NCBI GenBank assembly: GCA_964016885.1
Contig: OZ024741.1
Location: 337,652,001 to 337,716,000 of the forward strand
Reading direction: 5' to 3'
Length of the DNA stretch: 64,000 nucleotides
From: Eledone cirrhosa
Taxonomy: Eukaryota
The notes under the pieces are model-generated. The model saw only the letters and a list, made by a program, of their open reading frames with translations. It made no database searches and was not told the origin of the DNA. Below, piece by piece: positions 1 through 14,409 of the stretch (the first letter of the stretch is position 1; every line of letters starts with the position of its first letter). A program made the translations under genes and the position numbers.

Positions 1-2915
1 CTCTCACCACCTCCGCCCATGTTTTTCGTGGTCTTCCTCTACTGTGTCTTCCTTCTACTGGCATTTCTTGGCACTTCTTTACCCAGCGGTCATCCTCCAT
101 GCCCATCACATGTCCATACCATCGCAGTCTTCTCTCCCGCATACTACAAATATCCCTCTTATATACAGTTTCTCTCTCAACTCATTCATGCTTGGTCGTT
201 CACGTACATTGACACTGCACATCCAACGGAGCATGCTTGCTTCATTTCTCTCCAGCCATTGCATATCCTCTGCAGTTGCTGCCCATGTCTCACTACCATG
301 CAGCATCACGCATCTCACACAGGCATCATATAACCGTCATTTCGTATGCAGGGAGAAACGCTGCTTTGTCAGAAGAGGAAGCAGCTCCCTAAACTTCTTC
401 CGGCTCGTCCTTATTTTAGATAGTATGGCCTCAGAACAGCCCCTCCCATGCTAATCTGATCTCCTAGGTTCCGGAAGCTATCAACCACTTCTATAGAACC
501 TACCTACATTTGAAAAATCTGTCTCTCACTGCGACTTCTACTGTCAAATTTCCCTGCATACGTAGTTTTTCTTACCTATTAGTTTGCCTGCTATCTCACT
601 ACATCTCTTGTGTACTCAAGATCTGCATTGTGTACATTTTATAGAATTTATGCCAGTTCCTTTTCTACATATCGAACATGGCCATTTCCCTGATGGGATC
701 AGAGTTTTGTCCTCTTTTCTACTTATCAACACTTTTGTCTTAACTAGGTTCACTCTCGGTCCTCTTGATTCCAACTGCTGTTTCCATAGCCAGAATTTAT
801 TCTCTAGCTCCTCTACTGATTTTGCTATAAGAAGCAGATCGTCAGCATAGAGACGTTCCCATGGGCAGCCAGTCTTAAACTCCTCTGTTCTGGCTTGGAG
901 GACTCTAATGAACAAGAACGGACTGAGGACCGAACCATGATGTACTCCTACTTGTATCTGGAATTCCTCACTAAACTCCATTCCTACCCTCACTTTACTG
1001 ACAGCACCTCTGTACAAAGTTTGCACTCTCCTCACAAGCCATTCCTCAACACCTAGTTTCCTTAGGGCCCTCCAGATGACAGATCGGTGTATCCTATCAA
1101 AGGCCTTCTCTAGGTCAACAAAAGCTAAGTATAGTGGCTTATTCTTCTCTAAGAACCTCTCTTGTAGTTGTCTCACTAAGAAGAGGACATCTGTTGTACT
1201 TTACCCAGACACAAAACCAAACTGCATCTCATCTAGTTTGACCCTTTCTCTAATTAGTTGTGCTGATATTCTTTCTGCCACTTTCATAACCTGATCCATC
1301 AGATTTATGCCTCTATAATTGCTCCTCTCCGGAGCATCCTCTTTACCTCTGTAGCAATTAACAAGTATACTGCTACAGCAGTCTTTGGGTATGACACCGC
1401 CATATATAGCTTGGTTAATGATGCATGCAACCAGTTTAGTACCTACTTCTCCTGATGCCTTCAGCATCTCAGCATCTATCCCCGACGGTCCAGCGGCCTT
1501 ACCATTTTTAATTTCCTTAATTGCCTCTTGGCCCCTATATTCGTCAACCTCAATAGCTGGTCCCTCTGTCGGGTCTTCTGGGGGTAGTTTCTCTCTCTCC
1601 CATTTGTTCTCCACATTCATCAGCCTCTCATAAGGACATTTCCAGGCCTCCTTTTTCTGATCATTAGTGACACTAAGTACACTAGCACCATTCCGGACAC
1701 ATTTATCTCCAACAACATCCTGATTTACACTGACATACTGCCTTGCAATGCGGAACAACACACGTCTCTGATCTTTCCATTGCAGGACATTAGCAAACCT
1801 CCTACTCTCAGCTGCCATGCATGCTAAGTACACCTGACGTCTAGCTTCCCTCTTAGCAGCTGTGTATCGGTCTCTACTCCCACCATTTTTCCAAGTGTTC
1901 CATGCTAGTCTTTTGTCTCTAATGGCCCTATCTACCGTGCTGTTCCACCACCAGGTCACTCTCTGTCGGGTCGGAGCTCTGCTCCAGCCACAAGTTTCTT
2001 CAGTAGCCTGCAGCAAGTTGCCACGTAAGAAATTCCAGTTGTCATCTATGTCATACGATTCTAAAACGTCTTCTTTCTCGTCATACACATCTTGAAGAGC
2101 TTTCCTAAATTTATATTTTAGTGAGAGGTCTTTTAGTTTCCAGACCCTCCTTTTCCACACCTTCCTGTATATCTCATTTTGTCTCTTGCTTATTGAGCTG
2201 TCACTAACGACTAACCTATGCTGTGGTGTACATTCTTCCCCGGAGTATGCCTTAGTATTTGACACCATCTGTCTGTCTCACTGCCTAACTAGTAAGAAGT
2301 CAATCTGACTTATGTGCTCGCCTGATTGGTAGGTTATTAGGTGGTTGGTAGATTTCTTGAAGTTAGTGTTGCAAATGGTTAGTGCACTAGCATCACAAAA
2401 TTCAAGAAACCTCACTCCTTCTTCGTTTCTTGAGCCATAACCATGCCCATAATGTACCCCAATGTATCCATCCAGGAGCTGTCCAGCATGACCATTGGAA
2501 TCCCCTGCTAGCATAATAATGTCTCTGCCCTATTTCATTGAGGCAGTTTCTAAAAGTTGCTCGTAAAAGTAGTCTTTCTCTTCTTTACCTAAGCCCGCCT
2601 GGAGAGCATAGGTAGAGATGATTGTCAACAGTCTCCTGCCTACAACTAATCTAATCTTAACTATTCTATTACTGACTCTAACTACCTCTATTGTCTTATC
2701 GATCCATCTCTCAGCCAGTAAAATGCCTACCTACCTAACCCATCATCATTACCTACCCAGAAAAGCTTATAAATAAGATGTTTGCCTGCGATTAATCTTG
2801 CAGAGGCACCTCTCCATATCACCTCTTTCACGCAGCACACATCCACCTGTTTTCTCTCTAGCATCTCCACTATCTCACCAGATATACCTGTTAGAGTGCC
2901 AAAATTAAGTGTGGT
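1..2915 (-). mobile_element. Degraded RTE-clade LINE (APE endonuclease, RT, C-terminal region)
   Basis: ORFs 2278-2514 (GDSNGH, SQIDFLL: APE), 1201-2268, 616-1176 (FVDLEKAFD, GVHHGSVLSP, YADD) and 106-318 (LHGSETW); stops and frameshifts. Confidence 0.93.
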
Positions 2916-3183
2916 GGACTATGTCTAAAAATATTGGTTGCTAAATGAAGGGGGCCCATCTACATATAGGCTGCTATCATTTAATTTTTATAATGAATAA
3001 ATAACATTTTTAAAAAATACATAAGTGGAAACAAAACAGTGCAATCAATATTTTGCGGAAAATTATCTTAACTTCTCCAATAAAAAATATTATGTATTTT
3101 GCGAAATCCAGAGACTTTCAATAATGACCTTTGCTGTTTCACACTCACAATCAATATATATATATCTATGTGTGTGCGCGCGC

Positions 3184-3246
<63 letters not shown>

Positions 3247-3373
3247 TATCTATCTATATATATATATATGTATAGTAATAATAATAAATGTGAAGACTAA
3301 AATCCAAAGAGGGCTCGATAAGAATAAATATATAAGAACCCTAGAGCAAATATTTATTAAAATAACAGATTAA

Positions 3374-3424
3374 AGTTTAAGCAAAAAATCGCTGCTTTCA
3401 CCCTTAACGGGATCTTCTGAAACT
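3374..3424 (-). ncRNA. Type I hammerhead-like motif with variant core CAGAAGA (second copy 3884-3934)
   Basis: Minus strand reads AGTTT-CAGAAGA-TCCC gttaa GGGT-GAAAGCA..TGCTT-AAACT: stem I 5 bp, stem II 3 bp, stem III 4 bp. Confidence 0.6.
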
Positions 3425-3437
3425 AAAAAAATCAATC

Positions 3438-3748
3438 TGTGTACGCAGAAGTAAATATTTCGAAAAACGTTGCAACTGAAGAAAAACAGGAAGACGATAC
3501 TTTGGTTCGTGAAAACGTTCCCTGGCAATGAACAGAAAAAAACGAAGATAACACGTCGTTATGAGAATAAATACACGCAAAGACAAAACCACGTTTATGG
3601 TATAAATGGAGTTGTAGACTAATATTCTATTTAAGAAACCAAATGATTCTCGGCTTCGGAGTTAACCATAATTGTTTCTACTTTTTGGCACAAGGCCAGC
3701 AATGGAGTTAAGAATAATGTAAATAAATTAGTGGAACGAAAATGACAA
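3438..3748. repeat. Unclassified dispersed repeat; inverted copy at about 21400-21680
   Basis: Colinear reverse-complement similarity (e.g. aacgttccctggcaatgaac). Confidence 0.75.
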
Positions 3749-3834
3749 GTGTATATATCTATATCTATATCTATATCTATCTATCTATCTATCTCTCTCT
3801 CTTGTTGCGCCCTTGTGGCTAATAAAGAAATCTA

Positions 3835-3868
<34 letters not shown>

Positions 3869-4034
3869 AAAATAACAGATGAAAGTTTAAGCAAAGAATC
3901 GCTGCTTTCACCCTTAACGAGATCTTCTGAAACTAAAAAGTCAATCAAATATATATAAATATATATTTGATATATATTTATCCTTATCGAGCCCTCTTTG
4001 GATTTTAGTCTTCTAATTTATTATTATTACTATA

Positions 4035-7000
4035 TCTCTATATATATAAAACGGTAGATGTCTGTCTGTGTGTGTGTATGACTTTTATGCATTTCCACAT
4101 TTCTCTGCCGATTTTGATGATTTGTTTTTTCCAATGTGCTCCAAATTTACCAGGCCAGGTCAACGCGTAATTATTTTTGCCAAACATTTTCTGCTTCTAT
4201 GAAAATAAATCGATAAAACTAAATACATGCTGTAACCCTCTCTCTTACACGCTTCATTCCTCTCACTACCCTCAATCTCCCCTGCAATTCTCTTTAAAAG
4301 GTTACTGTATCCGTCTCTGAAGGAACGCGACACAAACTTTGATAACCCTCTCTCTTACACGCTTCATTCCTCTCACTACCCTCAATCTCCTCTGCAACTC
4401 TCTTTAAAAGGTTACTGCCTCCGTCTCCATTACAGTTTAGGTTCACACTTACATTTTACATCAAATAACAAATATTCAAAAGCAACAGATGAATTTATAA
4501 AACAACAAACGCAACAATAACGACCTCTCTATAATTTAACTGCTTTACTCTCTCTGTCGCTCTTCACTCCCTATATGACAACACTGCAGAGAGAGAAACA
4601 ATGTATATGATCAAATGGAGCGTTCCGTATATTCCCCCTCTCAATAATTTAACTGCTTTACTCTCTCTGTCGCTCTTCACTCCCTATATGACATCACTGC
4701 AGTGGAGCGTTCCGTATTGACATACGGCTTATCTGGGGCATTTTCAATCGGCTTATTGCAAATAACAACCCGCAAAATAACACTTCATATAACAGATTAA
4801 TGCTATAGACATATGAATCGGAATGTAACCCGTGAACTTTTTCCTGGGCAAAATTATTCGAACAGACATGACCTCATTGCCAGAGTGTTCAGACTGAAAC
4901 TGGATAAACTCATGGCTTTAATCAAAAAGGTCAGGTATTTGGGGCTGTAAAATGTGACATGTTCACCGTCGAATGGCAAAAACGAGGGCTGCCACATGCT
5001 CACATTTTGATTTGGTTAGCTGATAAAATCAATTCAAATGCCACAGACAGCTTCATTTCGGCTGAAATCCCTAACCCAGCAACTGACCAGGAATTACATG
5101 ACATCGTCAAAGCTAACATGGTCCGTGTGCGTCGGGTCCTAATGAGCATCACACGTATCTGAAGGGGGGGGGTCGTCCAGTAAGGGATACCCAAAAAAAT
5201 TTGTTGACGAGACTCAGACTGGTGGCGATGGGTACCCCCGTAAGGGGGAGAAGGCCCGAGAACGGTGGCTTCACCACAACAGTAAAGGGAGGTCAAGTCG
5301 ACAATAGATGGGTGGTCCCTTACTGCCCGCTTCTCTTGAAGATGTTCAACGCCCACATCAACGTTGAGTTTTGCAACTTCGTCAAGTCTATAAAATACAT
5401 ATGCAAATATGTAAATAAGGGTTCTGATGAGGTCACAGAATACCTGTCGGGGCGGTACATCAGTAGCAAAGAAGCTTTTTGGCGCCTATTTGGTTTACCC
5501 CTACCCCAACGGCACCCCGCCATCGTACAGCTTGCGGTACATTTGGAAAATTGGCAAAGGGTTTACTTTACGGACCAAACCGCCGCAAAGCTGGCCACCG
5601 ATCCGAAAGAGATCACTCTGACAGGTTTATTCAAACTTTGCCAGTTCGATACATTTGCGCAAACAATTGTGTACTCCCAGGTTACATCCTACTTTATATG
5701 GTCGAAAAACACTTGGGTGCGAAGAAAGTCAGGTCAGGCTGTTGAAAGACATCCTGGTGTAAAATTTGACAGCTGTCTTGGAAGGGTTTATTACACTGTG
5801 CCCCCAAGTCAGCATGAGTGCTTTCATCTCCGCCTTCTTCTGCATGAAGTAGGCCCACAAAGTTTTCAGGACCTCAAAACTGTTGATAGAGAAATATGTG
5901 ATACGTACCGGGAAGCCTGCTTTAAGCGTGATCTTTTGGAAGATGATTCGCAATGGGATTCCACTTTAGCAGAGGGTGCTTTGTTGAAATCACCTAAAGG
6001 TCTACTGGAACTCTTTGCCATTTTTCTTCAAAAGTGTGAATTGGGTGATCCCAAATCTTTATGGGTCAATTACAGAGACTTCATGACTGAGGATTTCCTG
6101 CGCCTGGCTCATCTGCAGTATCCTTTAGTGGAAGTTGCTTACAGCGGCATTATCTACAACAGGGCACTCATTGATATCGAGGACGCCCTCCTCGACATGG
6201 GTGGCAGTGAGTTGGCGACGTATGGCTTGCCGTCAACCGTCACAGATGAAGCTAACACGTTGGCCCCGGATTTGTTGCGGGAAACAGCATATGACATCGA
6301 ATCTCTTTCCCAATACTTAGAGGAAAATGAGCCCAAACGTCTGTCGGACCAAAGGTTGGCCTATTTAACTATCATTGACGCGGTTCAAAATCAGACTGGG
6401 GGTATTTACTTTCTCGATGCTCCTGGGGTACCGGAAAAACTTTTGTAACAAAATTGATTCCCGCTAAGATTCGTCAGGAGAAAAAAATTGCGTTGGCCGT
6501 TGCATCGTCCGGGATTGGTGCTACTTTGCTGTCGAGAGACAGGACAGCACATTCAACCTTTAAACTCCCCTTGGATTTAGTAAAAACTGAGACACCAACA
6601 TACAATATCAGCAAGAGCTCACATGAAGCTCTGGTTCTCAAAAAATGTTGCCTCATTGGTTGGGATTAGTGCACAATGGCACACAAGGGTGCTCTTGAGG
6701 CATTGGACAGGACCCTGAAAGACATTAGGGATCCTACGGCTCCTATGGGTGGCGTAACCCTTCTGCTATCAGAGGATTTTCGGCAAACGCTGTCTGTCAT
6801 ACCCAAAGGGACAAGAGCTTATGAAGTGCGTGCCTGCCTTAAGTCATCCACGTTGTGGCCCCAGGTGAAGACTTTGTACCTGAGCACAAATATGCGTGCT
6901 CAGTTGCATGGTGACAACATGTCTGCAGCATTTGCTCAGAACATTTTAGCACTTGGTGAGGGCAAAGTCCCTGCGAATGACAAGGGCGACATAGCAATCT

Positions 7001-8024
7001 ACTCCCTGTGCAACATTGTGAGCAGCCCTTCTGATCTTTGGGAGGCAGTTTTTCCTAATGTCTCATCTAACTTTAAAAACTTCGATTGGCTCAGCGAAAG
7101 AGCCATCCTTGCTCCGAAAAATGCCATGGTTAATTTTATTAACGAGCAGCTGATTGAGAAAATTCCCGGTAAAGAGCACATCTTCAAATCTATCGACCGG
7201 ACGTCAGACCCCGACGATATCGTTAATTATCCGGTTGAGTTATTAAATTCCCTTGAGCCTCCAGGGCTCCCACCTCACATTCTTAAGCTTAGGGTTCGCT
7301 GTCTCATTATGCTAATAAGGAACTTGCGTCCACCAAAGCAGTGCAACTGTACTCGCATGGTCGTCAAGTCAATGACGCCCCACTTGATTGAGGCCACCAT
7401 TGTAACGGGGTGCGGGAGAGGGAAGAATGTTTACATTCCAAGGATGAACCTTTTCCCCTCGGCGTCAGATATCCCGTTCGATTTCCGGCGATCCCAATTC
7501 CCGATGAGACCATGTTTTGCCATGTCCATTAACAAGTCACAAGGGCAAACATTGTCGGTGGCGGGCATCCATTTGGGAGAGCCATGCTTTTCCCATGGCC
7601 AACTTTATGTTACCTGTTCCCACGTAGGGAGCAGGAATGGACTTTTTGCTTACACTTCTCAAGGGATGACACGCAATATCGTCTACAAAGAGGTGCTATA
7701 GATGTTGGTGCAGGTGTTGGAGGTGTTGGAGCTATGCCGTCTGGAAAACTATTTCCTGGTAGGGTCACCCATGGCGGACAGATGTGACACCCAGCGGCAT
7801 CAGGGCCACCATCTTGCAACTTTTGTCTGCTAAATTCGCTATTGGAAGATTATTAACCCATCATTGATTGTCCAAAATGCTAATTGGTTCGTAACTTTTA
7901 ATAACCGGTTCAACTGCTTTATGCACTTAATTGATAAGCTTATTCGCTTTCAAGCCACGTTTACCTGTATGTAACTTTTCATAGCAAATGAATAAACCCG
8001 AGCAACGCCGGGCTAAACTGCTAG
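4035..8024 (+). mobile_element. Helitron (internally deleted, with RepHel remnant)
   Basis: 5' TC(TC)TATATATATAAAA; 3' hairpin cccgagcaacgccggg followed by CTAG (8021-8024) and T; Rep and helicase motifs. Confidence 0.95.
4820..7701 (+). pseudogene. Helitron Rep (HUH) / PIF1-type helicase, disrupted
   Basis: EWQKRGLPHAHILIW, KYICKYVNKG, frameshifted Walker A (DAPG..), SINKSQGQTL, HGQLYV; stop at 6667-6669. Confidence 0.93.
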
Positions 8025-8026
8025 TA

Positions 8027-9208
8027 TCTATATATATATATATAAATCTGAGGATGTGTGAGTTAAGGTTTGTAACGGTTTCACGTCCACAATTTCCAAC
8101 GGATTCTATTCAAAGTCGGGACAATTATTGCTTTTGGTCAGGAAAAGGTCATTAAGCAAAAATATTTCAAATCCATCAACAATAAGGGCAAAAATCGATC
8201 ATGATCGTTCCCCCTCTCTATAATTTAACTGCTTTACTCTCTCTGTCTCTCTTCACTTCCTATATGACAACACTGCAGAGAGAGAAACAATGTATATGAT
8301 CAAATGGAGCGTTCCGTATATTCCCCCTCTCAATAATTTAACTGCTTTACTCTCTCTGTCGCTCTTCACTCCCTATATGACATCACTGCAGTGGAGCGTT
8401 CCGTATTGACATACGGCTTATCTGGGGCATTTTCAATCGGCTTATTGCAAATAACAACCCGCAAAATAACACTTCATATAACAGATTAATGCTATAGACA
8501 TATGAATCGGAATGTAACCCGTGAACTTTTTCCTGGGCAAAATTATTCGAACAGACATGACCTCATTGCCAGAGTGTTCAGACTGAAACTGGATAAACTC
8601 ATGGCTTTAATCAAAAAGGTCAGGTATTTGGGGCTGTAAAATGTGACATGTTCACCGTCGAATGGCAAAAACGAGGGCTGCCGCATGCTCACATTTTGAT
8701 TTGGTTAGCTGATAAAATCAATTCAAATGCCACAGACAGCTTCATTTCGGCTGAAATCCCTAACCCAGCAACTGACCAGCAATTACATGACATCGTCAAA
8801 GCTAACATGGTCCGTGTGCGTCGGGTGCTAATGAGCATCACACGTGTCTGAAAGGGGGGGGGGGGGGGGGGGTGCAGTAAGGGAGACCCAAAAAATTTGT
8901 TGACCAACTCAGACTGGTGGCGGCAGGTACCCCCTGTCCAGACGGAGACGGCCCGAGAACGGTGGCTTCACCACAACAGTAAAGGGGGTCAAGTAGACAA
9001 TAGATGGGTGATCCCTTACTGCCCTCTTCTCTTGAAGATGTTCAACGCCCACATCAACGTTGAGTTAATTGGTTCGTAACTTTTAATAACCGGTTCGACG
9101 GCTTTATGCACTTAATTGATAAGCTTATTCGCTTTCAAGCCACGTTTACCTGTATGTAACTTTTCATAGCAAATGAACATACCCGAGCAACGCCAGGCTA
9201 AACTGGTA

Positions 9209-9209
<1 letters not shown>
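8027..9209 (+). mobile_element. Second, tandem Helitron deletion derivative
   Basis: TC start; about 8215-9067 nearly identical to about 4525-5370; same 3' end with CTAG changed to GTAG. Confidence 0.92.
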
Positions 9210-9814
<605 letters not shown>

Positions 9815-11221
9815 TATATATATATATACATACATAAAAAACTCATCGCTAGAACAGTCGTTAAAAAAGCTAAATGCTGGACAAAAATACACTTTTGACT
9901 ATTCCCTTCTTAACGTTTCTATGGTGGTTTGAGAAGTAGCTAACATAATTGAGATTTTCATTTAATTTATGATATGGGTAGTATAGGCCAGAATTAAGAT
10001 TTAGCATTATGTTGATGAAGTTGGCTATTCTTCTGTTATTTCCTATTTCTAGCTTAAGACTATAATTGTTAAAAAAAAGTCTATTATTATTTTCTTTTTC
10101 CTATTTAGTCAAAAGTGTAGAACAGAGAATCTCTAGACTCTCAGCTAACAGGGAAATCGTTGATGGCAATGCTAGATACTATAATAATGCATTAGCTAGA
10201 GCAGATTACCAGGACAAAATTGAGTACATGCATATAGATAGAAACAATTACACACCCACTCATAGACTCAAACAAACCATAGACATAAACACTAACATAC
10301 ACACAATTAACGGTAATGGAAATAATAGGCGTACTCGAACCCCAAACAATACAGATGGGACAGCCCCGGCTCCAAATAGATATAACTCAAATACCATAAT
10401 AAAGTTAAATTAGAGGGTTAGATCTCACTCTGTTCTGTGGTACAATCCACCCCACTCCTTAGGACTACAAAAAACATAGCTAGGCTTTTTTTTAACACAT
10501 TAGATAAATGTCTCCCCAAATCACATAAATACAGTCAAATCTTTAATCGACACAGAAATAAACTTTCTTACTCGACAACCAAACGTATAGCCCAGAATAT
10601 AGCGAAGATTAACAATAGAAATCCAGGAATTAAACATAAAGAAATAACTCATAATAGCAAGCATAGAAACACTGATAGAGTAAACAGCAACTCGAATAAC
10701 AGGGATAACACCATTAACATAAATGAGATAAACCAACGGACACACAGACACAGGGAGGGAACAATGAATGGTAACGTAAATAATTGCAATTGCAGAAATC
10801 ATAGCAGTTGCCCAATGAAAAATAACTGTTTAGAGAAAAATATTGTTTATGAAATTGAAGTAAAAACGAGTAATAAGACGTATAGACATATTGATGCAAC
10901 TTCTACTAGATTTAAGAAAAGGTGGTACAACCATCACCACTCATTCAAAAGAACTAATAAAAGATCTAGCACAGCCCTGTCGGAACCGATTTGGTTGCTA
11001 ACAAATAAACAAGTGGAATACTCCCTTTCTTGGTCAAAACTCTCATATGCTTTTCCATATAAAAATGGATTTATATCTAGGGGTGTGTGACCTCTGTACT
11101 GCAGATACTTTACACATAAATAGTAGGCATAAAATTATTAACAAACGCTCTGAAATTTTTAATGCTTGTTTACACAAAATTAATAAGACATTCTGTTGAG
11201 TATATAGTTAAAACTTCAGAA

Positions 11222-11411
11222 AATAATTGTTTCTACTTTAGGTACAAGGCCAGCAATTATCCCAGTGTATTACTGGTACTTTATTTTATCGACCCCGTAA
11301 GGATGAAAGGTAAAGTTAACCTCGGCGGGATTTGAACTCAGACTATAAAGGGCCGTAACTCTATGCTGCAAAGCATGGCGTCCAACCCTCTACCGATACT
11401 GCCAATCCACC
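11222..11411 (-). mobile_element. tRNA-derived SINE with Nin/Deu-like core
   Basis: B-box gagttcaaatccc; core cctttcatccttacggggtcgataaaataaagtacc; (att)n tail. Confidence 0.85.
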
Positions 11412-11778
11412 TAAATAATGTTTAATAGACTACCAAATAATTAATTAAACATTCATAAATATATAGATACATTATAACATCAGCATCAAAGTACAAATAT
11501 CTAAAATTAGAATTAGTATCTAAGTGAATAAAATCTAATACAACATTTTTTTTTTAATAGACTAACAGTTCCTACATGCCTTACTATGAATCAAGTGATG
11601 AATCTGGTAACTTGATACCCAAGCCAGATCACAAGCAGCAACGCCAATTGGAATAACTATCTCCCACACATATAAGAACTGCTACTTGAGAAATTCGGAC
11701 ATATGCTTACGGGTCGGCAAAGTGAATAACACATATGACCGGTAACATATCAATGGAACTTTACATCTCATTTGGATA

Positions 11779-11857
11779 TTTGTCTGAAGAGAACACATGA
11801 GGCAGCTGTTATAAAACTTATAAAACTGCTTTACGTCTTTGAAATACATATAACAAA
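11779..11857 (+). ncRNA. Type I hammerhead ribozyme motif (long imperfect stem II)
   Basis: TTTGT-CTGAAGA-50 nt hairpin-GAAA-TACATA-TA-ACAAA. Confidence 0.7.
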
Positions 11858-11897
11858 ATAAATAGGGATGTATGAATGAAACCGTCTTTCTTGTTTG

Positions 11898-14130
11898 TCA
11901 TTATTCATCATTATCATCACCGTTTTACATCCGTTCTTCCATGCTAGCATGGGTTACACGGGTTTTCCTGTTGTGGGCAGTGTCTGGTCGGCTGACTATG
12001 CCTTGCTCATACAGGAACTGATTTTGGCTTGATTTCTACAGCTGGATGCCCTTCCTAACACCAACCTCATTTACAGTGAGTGCTGGGTGCTTTTTCCGTG
12101 GCGCCTACACGTCCACTTTACAGTGTGGGCTGGGTGCTTTTTTGCCGTGGCACCTCCACAACCACCTTGCAGTGGGAGGGTGTGGGGGCATATTGTCTAT
12201 ATGCTTCAGCTTGGACCCATGGGAGATCGGGTACTCTGTATTACTGCATGACGCCAGAGGTCACAGTCATGTGTCATCGCCTTTGAGAGGTGTAATTGGG
12301 TAAGGTCGGCTTTTATCACCTCATCCCAGGTCTTCTTGGGTCTCCCCACTCCGCGGTTTCCATTGACTTCTATTGCTCTACATCTTTTTATGCAGCTGTC
12401 GACCTTCATACGCATCACATGTCCATACCAACGCAACCGCCTCTCCTGCACACAGCATTTGATTCCTCTTATGCTCAGTCTCTCTCTCAATTCATTTATG
12501 CTTTGTCGTTCGCGTATATTACTATTACACATCCATCGGAGCACAGGCTTCGTTTCTCTCTAATCTACGTAAGTCTTCCACCTTCAGCGCCCAGAACTCA
12601 CTACCATGTAACATTGCTGTTCGGATACACGCATCATACAGTCTGCCTTTCATTTTGAGGGAGAAGCCTTTTGCAGCTAGCAGTGGCAGTAGTTCCCTGA
12701 ACTTCTTGCATCCTGTTCTTACCCTATTTATTGTACTTTCTGAACACCCACCTCCACTGCTAATTCGGTCATCTAGGTAGCAGAAGCTGTCTCCTGTTTC
12801 TACAGAGCCCTCCCAGAGATTGGTGGTACTTATTTCCTGTGGCTGTTTGGTACTTGCTGTCCCAGCACAGCTGCTGCATGTGAAGCCTACATTCTTAATT
12901 AAGCTTCCTGGGATGCCGCTACATCTCTTGTGTACCCATTGTTTGCTTTTAGGGCAGAGAATGGAGTTCCTACCTACACCTTTCCTACATACTGAGCAAG
13001 ACCATTTCCCTGAGGGGATCTGGGATCTGTTTTCTCATCTACTTACAAGGACCTTAGTCTTTGTCATGTTCACTTTGAGACCCTTTCTTTCTAGTCCTTG
13101 CTTCCAAGTTTGGAATTTCTTCTTTAGTTCTACCATAGATTCAGCTATAAGTGCGAGGTCATCAGCATACAGGAGTTCCCATGGGCATCCGGTCTTAAAC
13201 TCCTCCGTTATTGCCTGCAGGACTATGATGAACAGGAGAGGGCTAAGAACAGAGCCCTGGTGGACACCAACCTGTACGCTAAATTCCTCGCTATACTCAT
13301 TGCTAATCCTAACTTTGCTGACTGCTCCCCTATACATGGCTTGTACAGCCTTCACAAGCCATTCATCTACTCCTAGTTTTCCAAGAGCCCACCAGATTAC
13401 AGCATGTGGAACTCTGTCAAAGGCTTTCTTGAGATCGACGAATGCCAGGTAGAGTGGCTTACTTTTAGCTAGGTACATTTCCTGTAACTGCCTCACAAGG
13501 AAGAGGGCATTAGTGGTGCTTCTTCCTGGTACAAACCCAAATTGCATCTCATCTAGTTTCACCCGATCCCTAATCAACTGTGCTATAACTCTTTCTGTTA
13601 CTTTCATGACCTGGTCCATCAGCTTTATACCTCTATAGTTTCCTCTATCTAGTGCATCACCTTTACCTTTGTAGCAGTTGACAATGATGCTACTGCACCA
13701 ATCTTTTGGTATGACACCTTCTAGTATTACCTGGTTAACAATACGTGTGGTTATAGTGTGACCCAGATGCCTTCAGCATCTCGACAGTTATACCCGATGG
13801 ACCGGTTGCCTTCCCCATCTTCATATCTTCGATTGCCTTACTTACTACGCTGCTGCTGACTTGTACTGCTGGCCTCTCTATAGGGTCTACTTGGGGTAGG
13901 GTCTCTTCTTCCCATGCATTCTCCTCGTTAATAATCTATCATAATGGCTCTTCCATGCATCTTTCTTCTCAGCACCTGTGAGGGCAAGCTCACCTTTATC
14001 ATTCTGGATACACTTCTCTCCAATGACATCACAATTCTCTCTGACACACTGCCTTGTAATCTTGAACACCTCCTGTTTCTGGTCCTCACGTTGCAAAACA
14101 TGCTTGAATTTTCTATCCTCTGCTTCCCTT
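11898..14130 (-). mobile_element. RTE LINE, 5'-truncated and frameshifted, with 3' UTR and (ATG)n tail
   Basis: ORF 13035-13619 (GVHQGSVLSP, YADD); ORF 12206-12544 (RRLRWYGHV, GRPKKTW). Confidence 0.95.
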
Positions 14131-14405
14131 TCTCAGACCGGGTGATGTGTTGTTTCCTTGAGCAAGACACTTTATTTCACATTGCTCCAGTTTACTCAGC
14201 TGTAGAAATGAGATGATAGGGACTAGAGTCCCTATCATTCCACTGTAAAGTGGTCATGGAGGTGCCACGGGAAAAAAGCACCCAGCACTCACTGTAAATG
14301 AGGTTGGTGTTAGGAAGGGCATCCAGCTGTAGAAATCAAGCCAGAATCAGTTCCCGTCCCACCTTTGCAAGCAGGGAAAAAGCGGATGTAAAATGAAAAA
14401 TGAAA
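14131..14405 (+). mobile_element. 5'-truncated Meta-type SINE with RTE-derived tail
   Basis: Near-identical to 32343-32605. Confidence 0.85.
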
Positions 14406-14409
14406 TGTA

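Larger units (their letters stand above)
9888..11895 (+). mobile_element. Penelope-like element 3' fragment (Hydra-like), with an inverted 5' segment and a SINE insertion
   Basis: RT thumb (RISRLS, YNNAL, WYNPP, IFNR..KLSYS), CNCR..CPM..CL knuckle, decayed GIY-YIG (NIVY..HID..FKKRWYNH, CDLC), hammerhead at the 3' end; clade assigned from remembered motifs. Confidence 0.85.
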
